64,000 bases of DNA from positions 352,001 through 416,000 of the forward strand of contig CBDFLQ010000007.1 of NCBI GenBank assembly GCA_965249275.1. Direction: 5' to 3'. Numbering within the stretch: the first letter of the stretch is position 1; every line of letters starts with the position of its first letter. The translations under genes were made by a program, and so were the position numbers. The stretch comes from Dehalococcoidia bacterium (GTDB lineage Bacteria > Chloroflexota > Dehalococcoidia > Plut-88900). The notes below the pieces were generated by a model. It had not been told where the DNA came from and ran no database searches. It saw only the letters and a program-made list of their open reading frames with translations. Shown in pieces: positions 8,988 through 18,532 of this stretch.

Positions 8988-10373
8988 ATGAAGAAAATCG
9001 GCAAATATCCGGGCAAGGGCTTGACCCTGCGCAAGGGCTTTATGGCCCTCTTCGCAGTCCTGGCGCTCGCCCTACTTATCGCTGCAGCTTGTGGCGAGGC
9101 CGCAACGGCAACGCCTGAAGCAATGCCGGATGAGCCCACCCCTACGGCGATGACGGAAGAGGAGCCGGATGACGCAATGCCGGAACCCACTGCCGTGATG
9201 GACGATGAGGAGCCGGATGATGCAATGCCGGAACCCACTCCTACAGCTATGATGGAAGAAACTGGCATGAGGTTGAGGTCCGAGTGGACCGTAGAAAACC
9301 CCGCCACCCGGGAAGAGATTGAAGCCGAGCTAGCGAAGTACCGCGGCAGGAGCATCGTGTTCAGCTCCTGGGGCGGCGCCTACCAGTCCGCACAGCGCCA
9401 GGCATACGGCGTACCCTTTGCCGAACAGTTCGGTATTGAGATCATCGATGACAGTCAGCCCACCGTCGGCAGGGTCCGGGCCATGCAGGAGTCAGGCAAC
9501 GTTGCATGGCACGTCTTCGACACCGGCGGCGGCTCCATCCATGCCCTGGCCAATGGCGGCTCCCTCGAAGAGCTGGACTTCAGCATCATTGACACCCGGG
9601 ACTTCCTGGAAGTCCTTAAAGCTCCCTACATCGGTGGTGGCGGCATCACCTGGTCCGAGACCTGGGCCTACAACACAGACATCTACCCAGAGGGCTCCCA
9701 ACCCCAGAACATGGCTGACATCTACGACACCGAGAAATTCCCGGGACGCCGTTCCTGGAGCCAGTTCCCGGACGCTGAGATAGTTTTCGCCCTGCTGTCT
9801 GAAAATCCTGACCTCATAAACAGCGCCGAGGGCAGAGCCAGTCTCTCAGCGCCCAACGAAGAGCAAGTAGACCGCGCCTTCGAGCTTTTTGAAGAGTACC
9901 GGGACCAGCCAAACATCTTCTGGACCACAGGGTCCGACTGCCCGCAGTTCCTTCTCAGCGGCGAAGCCGACCTGTGCACCAACTGGAACGGACGCATCTA
10001 CGACGCCGCCAAGGAAGGCGCACCTCTAAAGATCTGCTGGGAATGCGGACATGTCCTGAACACCGACGGTTGGGGCATCATCAAGGGCCTCAAGGAGCAG
10101 GACCCCGAGACCTTCGAGCTAACACAGCTGTACATGGCCTGGACCTCCTTCCCGGAGATCAACTCCCGGATGGCCCAGTTCATCACGTACGGCCCCGTCA
10201 ACACCAAGGCGTTGGCAGCCCTGTCTGACCCCATCTACGATGAAGTCAGAGACGAGCTTCCTTCCTCGCCCACCAACATCCCATACGCCGTTATCAACAA
10301 TGAAGTGCACCGGGCCGCAAACCTGGACGCTTGGCGTGAGAGATACGAGGCTTGGAAAGGCACACTGAATTAG
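8988..10373 (+). CDS. ABC solute-binding lipoprotein (copy 2)
   Basis: Paralog of copy 1 with the same motifs and a near-identical signal peptide. Confidence 0.9.
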   Translation: MKKIGKYPGKGLTLRKGFMALFAVLALALLIAAACGEAATATPEAMPDEPTPTAMTEEEPDDAMPEPTAVMDDEEPDDAMPEPTPTAMMEETGMRLRSEWTVENPATREEIEAELAKYRGRSIVFSSWGGAYQSAQRQAYGVPFAEQFGIEIIDDSQPTVGRVRAMQESGNVAWHVFDTGGGSIHALANGGSLEELDFSIIDTRDFLEVLKAPYIGGGGITWSETWAYNTDIYPEGSQPQNMADIYDTEKFPGRRSWSQFPDAEIVFALLSENPDLINSAEGRASLSAPNEEQVDRAFELFEEYRDQPNIFWTTGSDCPQFLLSGEADLCTNWNGRIYDAAKEGAPLKICWECGHVLNTDGWGIIKGLKEQDPETFELTQLYMAWTSFPEINSRMAQFITYGPVNTKALAALSDPIYDEVRDELPSSPTNIPYAVINNEVHRAANLDAWRERYEAWKGTLN

Positions 10374-10389
10374 TCTAGTTTGACATTGC

Positions 10390-10437
10390 AGGCGCCCCCC
10401 GACAGGACTCCAAGCCTACGGGGGGCGCCTCTTTTTT
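10390..10437 (+). terminator. Intrinsic terminator after SBP2
   Basis: aggcgccccccg...cggggggcgcct followed by ctttttt. Confidence 0.8.
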
Positions 10438-10530
10438 GTTTCTATGGCCCAGAAGAAAGGAGGAATTTGCCCCTGGAAGTTTTGTAACCAATAGTAAATT
10501 GTTTGTTGAATTAGAGGGAGGAGAGGATCC

Positions 10531-11922
10531 ATGAAGATTTATGAAAAGCGTCTCCGCAGAGGCTCGATCTCTGGGAGGCGCTTATTTGTACTTTTTACAG
10601 TGTTCACCCTTGCCCTGCTTATCGCAGCCGCCTGTGGCGAAGCCGCAACGGCAACGCCTGAAGCAATGCCGGATGAACCCACCCCCACGGCGATGATGGA
10701 AGAGGAGCCGGATGACGCAATGCCGGAACCCACGGCCGTGATGGAGGATGAGGAGCCAGATGATGCAATGCCGGAACCCACCGCAACTGCGGAAGCGATG
10801 GAAGAAACTGGCATCAGACCGAGGTCCGAGTGGACAGTCGATAACCCGGCCACCCGCGAGGAAATCTAAGCTGAGCTCCAAAAATATCGTGGTAGGAGCC
10901 TCGTGTTCAGTTCCTGGGGCGGCGCCTACCAGTCGGCCCAGCGCCAGGCCTACCTCATTCCCTTCAATGACCAGTTCGGCATTGAGGTCATCGAAGATAG
11001 CACTCCGCTCCTCGGCAGGGTCCGGGCCATGCAGGCGTCGGGCAACATCGCCTGGCACGTATTTGACCAAGGTACGGGTACAATACACAATCTCGGGAGG
11101 AACGGCTCCCTGGAAGACCTGGACTTCAGCGTAATTGACAACCGGGACTTCCTGGAAGTACTGAAGGCTCCCTACACCGCTGGTGGTGGCATCACCTGGT
11201 CCGAGACCTGGGCCTACAACTCCGATGTATACCCCGAGGGTAACCGGCCGACAATTATGTCCGACTTCTACGACACCGAGAAGTTTCCCGGCCGACGTGC
11301 CTGGGCCTACTACCCTCACCTCGAGATGAAGTTCGTGATTCTTGCTCAGAACCCAGAATTGCTCAACACATCCGAGGGTAGGGCCAGTCTGTCTGCTCTT
11401 AATCCCGAACAGGTGGACCGTGCATTCGAGCTCTTTGACGAATACGCGGACCAGATCGACCTGATATGGCAGACCGGCTCCGATTGCCCTCAGCTCCTGA
11501 TAAGCGGCGATCTGGACATGTGCACCAATTGGAATGGCCGCATCTTCGATGCCGTCAGGGAAGGTGCACCCATCAATATCTGCTGGGAGTGCGGTCACCT
11601 CCTCAACACCGACGGGTGGGGCATCATCAAGGGCCTGAAAGATCAGGACCCCGAGGCCTTCGAGTTGGCCCAGCTGTTCATGGCCTGGACTTCCTTACCG
11701 GAAATTAACGCTCGCATCTCTCAGTTCATCACCTACGGGCCGATAAACATCAAGTCTTTGTCTGCTCTTGACGCCCCTGAGTACGACGAAGTCAGGGATG
11801 AGCTTCCGTCATCTTCGGCCAACATCCCCTTCGCCATCCTAAATGACGAAGAGCATGCCGCTATCCATGATGACGAATGGCGGGAAAGGTACGCGGGGTT
11901 CATACAGACCTTGGGTCAGTAG
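10531..11922 (+). pseudogene. ABC solute-binding lipoprotein (copy 3) with one in-frame stop
   Basis: ATC-TAA-GCT-GAG at 10864-10875 where paralogs have ATC-GAA-GCT-GAG; the frame is otherwise intact to 11922. Confidence 0.85.
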
Positions 11923-11964
11923 TCCGGCGTAACATACGCTCACTATGTCCTAAAACGGCTAACT

Positions 11965-11997
11965 AGGGGGCGCACCGGCAGTGCCGGTGCGCCCTCT
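11965..11997. terminator. Hairpin after SBP3
   Basis: agggggcgcaccggca-g-tgccggtgcgccctct; duplicate of 13792-13824. Confidence 0.65.
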
Positions 11998-12022
11998 CAG
12001 TTTGTAGGGTGCACTCCCCGTA

Positions 12023-12094
12023 TCAGCGAAATACCCGGAAGAACTCCCGCATGTCCTTAGCCAACGCCTGAGGCTCTTCCATAGCCGCAAAGTG
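12023..12094 (-). pseudogene. 3'-end remnant of the epoxide hydrolase gene
   Basis: Encodes HFAAMEEPQALAKDMREFFRVFR*; 7 mismatches in 72 bp versus 13850-13921. Confidence 0.9.
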
Positions 12095-12109
12095 CCCACC
12101 TCGACAATT

Positions 12110-12192
12110 CCATACGCCATTATCAACAATGAAGTGCACCGGGCCGCAAACCTGGACGCTTGGCGTGAGAGATACGAGGCTTGGAAAGGCAC
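12110..12192 (+). pseudogene. 3'-end remnant of SBP copy 2
   Basis: 1 mismatch in 83 bp versus 10281-10363; followed by a copy of the SBP2 terminator at 12219-12266. Confidence 0.9.
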
Positions 12193-12360
12193 CCTTCATT
12201 AGCCTGGTTTGACATTACAGGCGCCCCCCGTCAGTATTCCAAGCTTACGGGGGGCGCCTCTGTTTTTGTTTCTATGATCTTGAGGAAAGGGGAAATTTGC
12301 CGCTGGTATTTTGGTAACCAATAGAAAATTGCTTGTGCAATTAGAGTGAGGAGAGGAACT

Positions 12361-13749
12361 ATGAAGATCTATGAAAAGCGTCTCGGCAGAGGCTTAATCT
12401 CTGGGAGGCGCTTCTTTGTACTATTGACACTCCTAGCCCTTGCCCTGTTAATCGCGGCCGCTTGTGGCGAGGCCGCAACAGCGACTCCGGAAGCAATGCC
12501 GGAAGAGCCCACGCCTACGGCGATGATGGAAGAGGAGTCAGATGAGGCGATGCCGGAGCCTACGGCGATGATGGAAGACGAGGAGCCGGATGAGGCGATG
12601 CCGGAACCCACGCCCACTGCGATGATGGAGGAAACTGGCATCAGGCCCAAGTCCGAGTGGACCGAAGAAAACCCGGCCACCAAGGAAGAAATCGAAGCTG
12701 AGCTTCAAAAATACCGAGGCAGTAGCATCGTCTTCAGTTCCTGGGGAGGCGCATATCAGGCTGCTCAGCGCAGGGCCTACGCCATTCCCTTCACCGAACA
12801 GTTCGGAATCGAGATCATCGATGACAACCAGCCCGAGCTTGCAAAGGTCCGGGCCATGGCTGAAACCGGCAACATAACCTGGCACGTCTTCGACACCGGT
12901 GCAGGTTCTCTGCACAACCTCGGAAAGACCGGTGACCTGGAGAACCTTGACTTCAGCGTCATCGATACCCGGGACTTCCTCGAAGTCCTCAAAGCGCCCT
13001 ACATTGGCGGCGGGGGCGTTACCTGGGGTGAGACCTGGGCCTACAATAGTGATAGTTTCCCCGAAGGCCAACAGCCCACTTCCATGGCCGATATCTACGA
13101 CCCCGAGGCTTTCCCCGGACGCAGGGGCTGGGCTTACTATCCCGACGCTGAGCTGATGTTTGTTCTGATATCGGAGAACCCCGACCTGATAAATACCCAG
13201 GAAGGTAGAGCCAGCTTGGCAGCCTTGACGCCCGAACAGGTAGACCGCGCCTTCGAACTCTTCGAAGAATACAGTGATCAGATCTCCCTGATCTGGCAAA
13301 CCGGCTCCGACTGTCCCCAGCTCCTCATCAGCGGCGAGCTTGACATGTGCACCAACTGGAATGGCCGAATCTTCGACGCCGCAAAGGAAGAAGCTCCCCT
13401 AAAGATATGCTGGGAGTGTGGTCACGTCATCAATACCGAATCGTTTGCCATCATCAAGGGCTTGAGGGATCAGGAGCCGGAGGTTTTCGAACTGGCTCAG
13501 CTGTTTATAGCCTGGACATCCTTCCCGGAAATCAACGCACGCATGTCCCAGTTCATAAGCTATGGACCCATTAACATCAAGTCTCTCGATTACCTAAGCG
13601 CCCCTGAATATGATGCAGTCAGGAATGAGCTTCCTTCCTCTGCTTCGAACATTCCCTACGCCATTTTTAAGGACGCAGAGCACGTAGCGGCCAACCAGGA
13701 TGCCTGGCTGGAGAGGTACGCGGAGTTCACACAGAGCTTGGCCCAGTAA
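12361..13749 (+). CDS. ABC solute-binding lipoprotein (copy 4)
   Basis: Paralog; signal peptide MKIYEKRL resembles copy 3; GAGGAG RBS. Confidence 0.9.
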   Translation: MKIYEKRLGRGLISGRRFFVLLTLLALALLIAAACGEAATATPEAMPEEPTPTAMMEEESDEAMPEPTAMMEDEEPDEAMPEPTPTAMMEETGIRPKSEWTEENPATKEEIEAELQKYRGSSIVFSSWGGAYQAAQRRAYAIPFTEQFGIEIIDDNQPELAKVRAMAETGNITWHVFDTGAGSLHNLGKTGDLENLDFSVIDTRDFLEVLKAPYIGGGGVTWGETWAYNSDSFPEGQQPTSMADIYDPEAFPGRRGWAYYPDAELMFVLISENPDLINTQEGRASLAALTPEQVDRAFELFEEYSDQISLIWQTGSDCPQLLISGELDMCTNWNGRIFDAAKEEAPLKICWECGHVINTESFAIIKGLRDQEPEVFELAQLFIAWTSFPEINARMSQFISYGPINIKSLDYLSAPEYDAVRNELPSSASNIPYAIFKDAEHVAANQDAWLERYAEFTQSLAQ

Positions 13750-13791
13750 CCCGGCGTAACATACGCCCACTAGGTCCTAAAACGGCTAACT

Positions 13792-13824
13792 AGAGGGCGC
13801 ACCGGCAGTGCCGGTGCGCCCTCT
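13792..13824. terminator. Hairpin between convergent SBP4 and epoxide hydrolase
   Basis: Perfect inverted repeat agagggcgcaccggca-g-tgccggtgcgccctct. Confidence 0.7.
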
Positions 13825-13849
13825 CAGTTTGTAGGGTGCACTACCCGTA

Positions 13850-14998
13850 TCAGCGAAATCCCCGGAAGAACTCCCGCATGTCCGCAGCTAGCGCATGAGG
13901 CTCCTCCATAGCCGCAAAGTGACCCCCCCTGGGGAACTCCGTCCACCTCTGCACGTTATACGTCCGCTCCGCCCACTCCCTCACCGGACGGTCCAGCTCC
14001 TCCGGGAACACCGCCACGGCCGTCGGAACCCTTATCGCCTCTCCCTGACTAAGGCGCCACCTGTCCTTCCGGGTCTCGTAATATATCCGCGCCGAACTGT
14101 TAATCGTCTCGGTGACCCAGTACAACGTTACGTTTGTCAGTATCTGGTCCTTGGTGTAGACGCTTTCGATGTCCCCGCCGCAATCGCTCCAGGAGCGCCA
14201 CTTCTCTACTATCCAAGCCGCCAGCCCCGCAGGGGAGTCGTTAAGTCCATAGGCCAGGGTCTGAGGTTTTGTCCCCTGTATGTGTCCATACGCACCCTCG
14301 TCCCTCTCCCATTGCTCGATCTCTCGGAGATATTGCTTTTCTGCATCAGACAGAGGCCGGGACCCGGGCCCCAGATAAGGGCTGCCGCCGAGAATCATGT
14401 TGATATGGATAGCCTTCACCTTATCCGAGTGGCTGAACCCCAGTCTCGATGATATCGATGCTCCCCAGTCTCCTCCCTGTGCCACATAGCTTTCGTAGCC
14501 GATCTGGCTCATCAGCTTTGCAAACACGTCGGCCATGCCGTTTACGCCCATCCCGGGAACCGACGGCTTCTCCGAAAATCCGTACCCCGGCAGCGAGGGC
14601 GCCACCACGTCGAACGAGTCCCTTTCGTCGCCGCCGTGGGCCGCGGGGTCGGTTAACAAGGGTATGAAGTCCAGAAACTCGACTATCGACCCCGGCCACC
14701 CGTGGATCAACAGCAGGGGTAGTGGGTCCGGCCCTTTGCCCCGTTCGTGGATGTAGTGCACGTCCAACCCATCCACCTGGTCAACGTATTGGGAATAGCC
14801 GTTGATCACCTCTTCCTGCTTCCGCCAGTCGAACTCCTCTATCCAGTAGTCCACTAGCTCCTTAACGTATGCCAGGTTTGACCCGTAGTCCCACCCAGAC
14901 CCCGGGATCTCGTCCGGCCAGCGCGTCCTCTTCAGCCGCTCACGCAGATCTGTCAGAACATCTTCCTTTATGTCGACTCTAAACGGCCTAATAGCCAT
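13850..14998 (-). CDS. Epoxide hydrolase (EHN domain + alpha/beta hydrolase)
   Basis: IRPFRV...DLRERL..TRWP, HGWPGS, PSLPGYGFS, QGGDWG, GGHFAAMEEP. Confidence 0.95.
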   Translation of the reverse strand: MAIRPFRVDIKEDVLTDLRERLKRTRWPDEIPGSGWDYGSNLAYVKELVDYWIEEFDWRKQEEVINGYSQYVDQVDGLDVHYIHERGKGPDPLPLLLIHGWPGSIVEFLDFIPLLTDPAAHGGDERDSFDVVAPSLPGYGFSEKPSVPGMGVNGMADVFAKLMSQIGYESYVAQGGDWGASISSRLGFSHSDKVKAIHINMILGGSPYLGPGSRPLSDAEKQYLREIEQWERDEGAYGHIQGTKPQTLAYGLNDSPAGLAAWIVEKWRSWSDCGGDIESVYTKDQILTNVTLYWVTETINSSARIYYETRKDRWRLSQGEAIRVPTAVAVFPEELDRPVREWAERTYNVQRWTEFPRGGHFAAMEEPHALAADMREFFRGFR

Positions 14999-15033
14999 GA
15001 TCATCCTCCGGAGTTTGCGTTGCCAGCATTTCT

Positions 15034-15231
15034 TCACTCATCACAGTTGGATTCGAGGGCCACTATCGTATCCACAAGCCTACCCGCCCATTCCCTCATC
15101 TCCTCTTCGATGTCCGCTCCGCAGTGGGCACAGTCCAGGTCCCCGAATCGGAGGTTTATGCCGCAATCTCGGCACTCGGGTCTCTCGGACAATATTCTGA
15201 AAACTGTCTGAATCTGGGTCTCGGTAGCCAT
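15034..15231 (-). CDS. Small zinc-ribbon protein
   Basis: CRDC...CAHC; GAGGAG RBS; stop 35 bp before the epoxide hydrolase start. Confidence 0.7.
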   Translation of the reverse strand: MATETQIQTVFRILSERPECRDCGINLRFGDLDCAHCGADIEEEMREWAGRLVDTIVALESNCDE

Positions 15232-15415
15232 TTCTCCTCACTGCAGTCGTTAGTCAAGTCTGATGTCGGATGATTATCTTATACAACGCTCTCCGTCATT
15301 GGGCCCTTGCCCCCAATGCCAGTGCAACGGGCGTCCCTTTTGATGATATGATATCAAGTAACCAATTCTCATTCCGCCCCACCTGCTTCTCCCCAAGGAT
15401 TTTCACAAGCCAACT

Positions 15416-17158
15416 ATGCTCATCGCCCTTCAAAGGCTCTTGTCCCGTGACCGGTCCATAAACGGAAAAACGGACAAAAGACTACTCCTCTTCAAGATCC
15501 GTCAGCAGGGCATTTACCCCGCCCTGGCCCTTCCCGCACTGCTTCTAATGGTCCTCTTCTTCATCATCCCACTGGTCAGAATGGTGGACGTCAGCTTCGG
15601 TGGGAATGACGGCTTCTCCCTCGCCTACTACGACAAGGCCCTCACTAACCCCATCTACCAGAGGATGTTCCGCACCACCTTCGAACTGGCTGCTTTTACC
15701 ACTGTCGGTTGCATCGCTCTCGGCTACCCCATCGCCTATTTTCTTGCCACCCGCACGGGCCGTTGGCACAGCGTAGTTCTCTTAATAGCCATAATCCCAT
15801 TCATTACTAACTCCATTGCCAGCGTCTACTCGTGGCGCGTGATATTCGGCAGACGCGGTCCCGTAAACGAGTTCTTGCAGCTCATCGGAGTAATAGATGG
15901 ACCACTTGAAATACTCTGGAGCCGTTTCGCAGTAGAAGTCGGCATGATTCAGATTCTCCTTCCCTTCATGATTCTCCCACTCTACGCCGTCATGCGAAGT
16001 ATCCCCAAGAGCCTTACAGCCGTCGCCGAAAGTATGGGCGCCCATCCGCTAAAGAGTTTCCGGCACATATTCCTTCCCCTGAGCCTTCCGGGAATCTGGG
16101 CCGGGTCCATTCTTGTATTCATACTCAGCGCGGGCAGCGCCATCGCCCCGAGCATCCTGGGCGGCATCCGGGACCAGGGCATCGCTTCCTATCTGGCCGG
16201 AACCAGCGGATTCAGCGCCGCTCTCGCCGTGATCCTCCTTACCGCTATACTCATCCTGTACATGATATTCGCCCGGCTGGTCGGATTCGGCTCCCTATAT
16301 GGCGCCGGTGAGGCCCTCCTCCGCTCCTCTCCCATCGAGATCTCCTACCGCGCACCCCGGCGCATTTCTTTGAATGTCATGGTCGGGGCAGTTTGCATTT
16401 TTCTGGTCCTGCCAAGCCTCATAGTCATTCCCCTCGCCTTCAATGAGTCTTCATTCGTCATTTTCCCTCCCAAGTCCTATAGTTTGGTCTGGATCAAGAC
16501 CTTCTTCACTACCAGCGTAATCAGCCCCGTCAACTGGGTGGAGTCTACCTTCACCAGCCTCCAACTTGCCTTTATCACAGTCTTGGTCTCCGTGCCCGCC
16601 GGAGGCCTGGTCGCCTACGGAATAGCACGAGGCTCCTTCCCGGGCCGCGGCTTTCTTGGTTCCTTTATCATCCTGCCCCTTATAATCCCCTCGACCCTCA
16701 CTGCAATCGCTCTTTTCTACTTCTACTCCTTCCACATGCGGATACTTGTCGGCACCGTCATTGGCATAGCCATGCCCCACGCCGTTCTGGCAATACCCTA
16801 TGTAGTCATCATCCTTACTGCCACCCTCCGAGGCGTCGACGAGGTCCACGAGCATGCTGCCATGAGCCTCGGCGCTAATCGATTCACCGCTTTCCGGAGG
16901 GTTATCCTGCCCCAGATAGTGCCCGGCATTACCGTTGCCACCTTTTTCGCATTCATGGTCTCCTTCTACGAGGTGCCAATAGCCGTGTTCCTCAAGGACC
17001 CGTTCCTCAGGACCCTTCCCATGAATTTGTGGAACGGCGTAACCGTGGAATTCGCCCCTATGATGGCCGCCGTATCCTTCATTCTCCTGATTTTCGCTGC
17101 TTTCATGCTTATAGGCTTGGTCTTTTTCAGAAGTCGACTGTTTAAGCAACGCACCTAG
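15416..17158 (+). CDS. ABC permease, fused PotB+PotC-like halves
   Basis: Two EAA-loop regions (AVAESMGA..., HAAMSLGA...), LPFMILPLY, LPLSLPG; about 12 TM segments. Confidence 0.9.
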   Translation: MLIALQRLLSRDRSINGKTDKRLLLFKIRQQGIYPALALPALLLMVLFFIIPLVRMVDVSFGGNDGFSLAYYDKALTNPIYQRMFRTTFELAAFTTVGCIALGYPIAYFLATRTGRWHSVVLLIAIIPFITNSIASVYSWRVIFGRRGPVNEFLQLIGVIDGPLEILWSRFAVEVGMIQILLPFMILPLYAVMRSIPKSLTAVAESMGAHPLKSFRHIFLPLSLPGIWAGSILVFILSAGSAIAPSILGGIRDQGIASYLAGTSGFSAALAVILLTAILILYMIFARLVGFGSLYGAGEALLRSSPIEISYRAPRRISLNVMVGAVCIFLVLPSLIVIPLAFNESSFVIFPPKSYSLVWIKTFFTTSVISPVNWVESTFTSLQLAFITVLVSVPAGGLVAYGIARGSFPGRGFLGSFIILPLIIPSTLTAIALFYFYSFHMRILVGTVIGIAMPHAVLAIPYVVIILTATLRGVDEVHEHAAMSLGANRFTAFRRVILPQIVPGITVATFFAFMVSFYEVPIAVFLKDPFLRTLPMNLWNGVTVEFAPMMAAVSFILLIFAAFMLIGLVFFRSRLFKQRT

Positions 17159-17192
17159 GACCGCTGGTGTCAGGATATTTCGGGAGGATCAT

Positions 17193-17609
17193 ATGGACTA
17201 CAACGACGCCCTAGCCTTTCTATCATCCAACTTCGACGCCGTCGTCAACACCTTCAGAAGGTCCGGCGCCATCCAGTCCAGTGTGGTAAAGGCCGGGGCC
17301 TATCAAAACGGTGTCGTCTTCGTTGCCATCGGCAACTCGGCAAAGCTGAAAAACCTCGCCCGAGACCCCCGCTGCACCGTAACCGTTGTTAGCCCCCACT
17401 GGGACAGATGGTGTGCCGTCGAAGGCAAGGTGGTGATTCGGGATTGGGACAACACGGACCACGAAGCCCTGCGCATCGAACTCCGCGAGACATTCGTAGC
17501 CTGCGGGGGCGACCACGATGACTGGGATGAGTACGACCGTGTGATGCGGGAAGATCGCCGAGCCATCGTCGTGGTTCAGCCCGACCACATCTATGGACAG
17601 GGAGTTTAG
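17193..17609 (+). CDS. PPOX-class (probable F420-dependent) oxidoreductase
   Basis: TFRRSG..QSSVV, AKLKNLARDPRCTV, DHDDWDEY..VMREDRR. Confidence 0.85.
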   Translation: MDYNDALAFLSSNFDAVVNTFRRSGAIQSSVVKAGAYQNGVVFVAIGNSAKLKNLARDPRCTVTVVSPHWDRWCAVEGKVVIRDWDNTDHEALRIELRETFVACGGDHDDWDEYDRVMREDRRAIVVVQPDHIYGQGV

Positions 17610-17629
17610 TAAGGCAGGGCCAGCTGGGT

Positions 17630-18529
17630 CTAACCGAGTAGGTTGAGGGCCTTCGGCACTACCGATATCTCGACAGGCGTCTCAGCCACCCGCTCTCCGT
17701 CCGCCCAGATGGGCATCGGCTCCTCGGTCTCTATCTTTAGCCTCTTTACGCGGTGCATGGAAACTGCCGGGTTTGTCAGGTGTCCACCGCTGAAGACCCG
17801 GGGCACCATCATCACGACCTCCCACCTCGACACTGACTGGACCAAGCACACGTCCAATATCCCATCATCCGCCACCGCCCCGGGCGCTATCTTCATATTG
17901 CCACCGTACTGGGCCGTATTGGCCGTGGCGGCCAAAAATATCCGGCCCGAGTACTCGAAGTCCTCGCCCTTTAGGTGCACCATCGCATCCCTGTAACGGA
18001 GTATCTGAAGGAAGATGGCGTAGAGATAGGAAGGCGTACCGGAAAGGAAGCGAGGCACGTGTCCGTCCGCAACGTACTGGCTCACCGCACTGTCGAATCC
18101 TAGAGTAGCTACCGTCGCGAAGTACCTGTGCCCGACTGAGCCCAAGTCTATCTGCCTCGAATCGCCGGCTAAAATCAGATCAGCTACGCCCTCGGGGGTA
18201 TTGGGGAGATCCATCGCCGCCGCAAAATCGTTGCACCTGCCGGCAGGTATGATCCCGACGATCACTCCCGAGGCTAAGGGGTGGCCCATCACTCCGTTGA
18301 TCACTTCGTGCAGGGTCCCGTCTCCCCCGCAGGCCAGCACCCCAACACTTCCCTCCTCTACCGCCTTCCGCGCCAATTCTTCGGCATCCCCAGGGCGAGA
18401 TGTATACAGGACCTCGTTAGATACGCCCGCCGAGGTCAGCAGCGTCCCCGTCTGCATCGCAAGGGCCCGACTCCTCCCCTTGCCCGACACAGGGTTGGCG
18501 ACGATGGTCCATTTGGCCCCATTCCCCAT
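17630..18529 (-). CDS. Diacylglycerol-kinase-family lipid kinase (YegS/BmrU-like)
   Basis: ANPVSG, GGDGTLHEVING, PAGRCND, YGGNMKIAP, ADGE. Confidence 0.92.
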   Translation of the reverse strand: MGNGAKWTIVANPVSGKGRSRALAMQTGTLLTSAGVSNEVLYTSRPGDAEELARKAVEEGSVGVLACGGDGTLHEVINGVMGHPLASGVIVGIIPAGRCNDFAAAMDLPNTPEGVADLILAGDSRQIDLGSVGHRYFATVATLGFDSAVSQYVADGHVPRFLSGTPSYLYAIFLQILRYRDAMVHLKGEDFEYSGRIFLAATANTAQYGGNMKIAPGAVADDGILDVCLVQSVSRWEVVMMVPRVFSGGHLTNPAVSMHRVKRLKIETEEPMPIWADGERVAETPVEISVVPKALNLLG

Positions 18530-18532
18530 GCT

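Noticed and set aside
10867-10869. Selenocysteine/pyrrolysine or genetic-code read-through
   Set aside because: The codon is TAA at a Glu position, and TAA is used as a normal stop elsewhere (e.g. dnaK)
11959-12192. 77-aa minus-strand ORF
   Set aside because: Spans the duplication junction; made of two gene remnants
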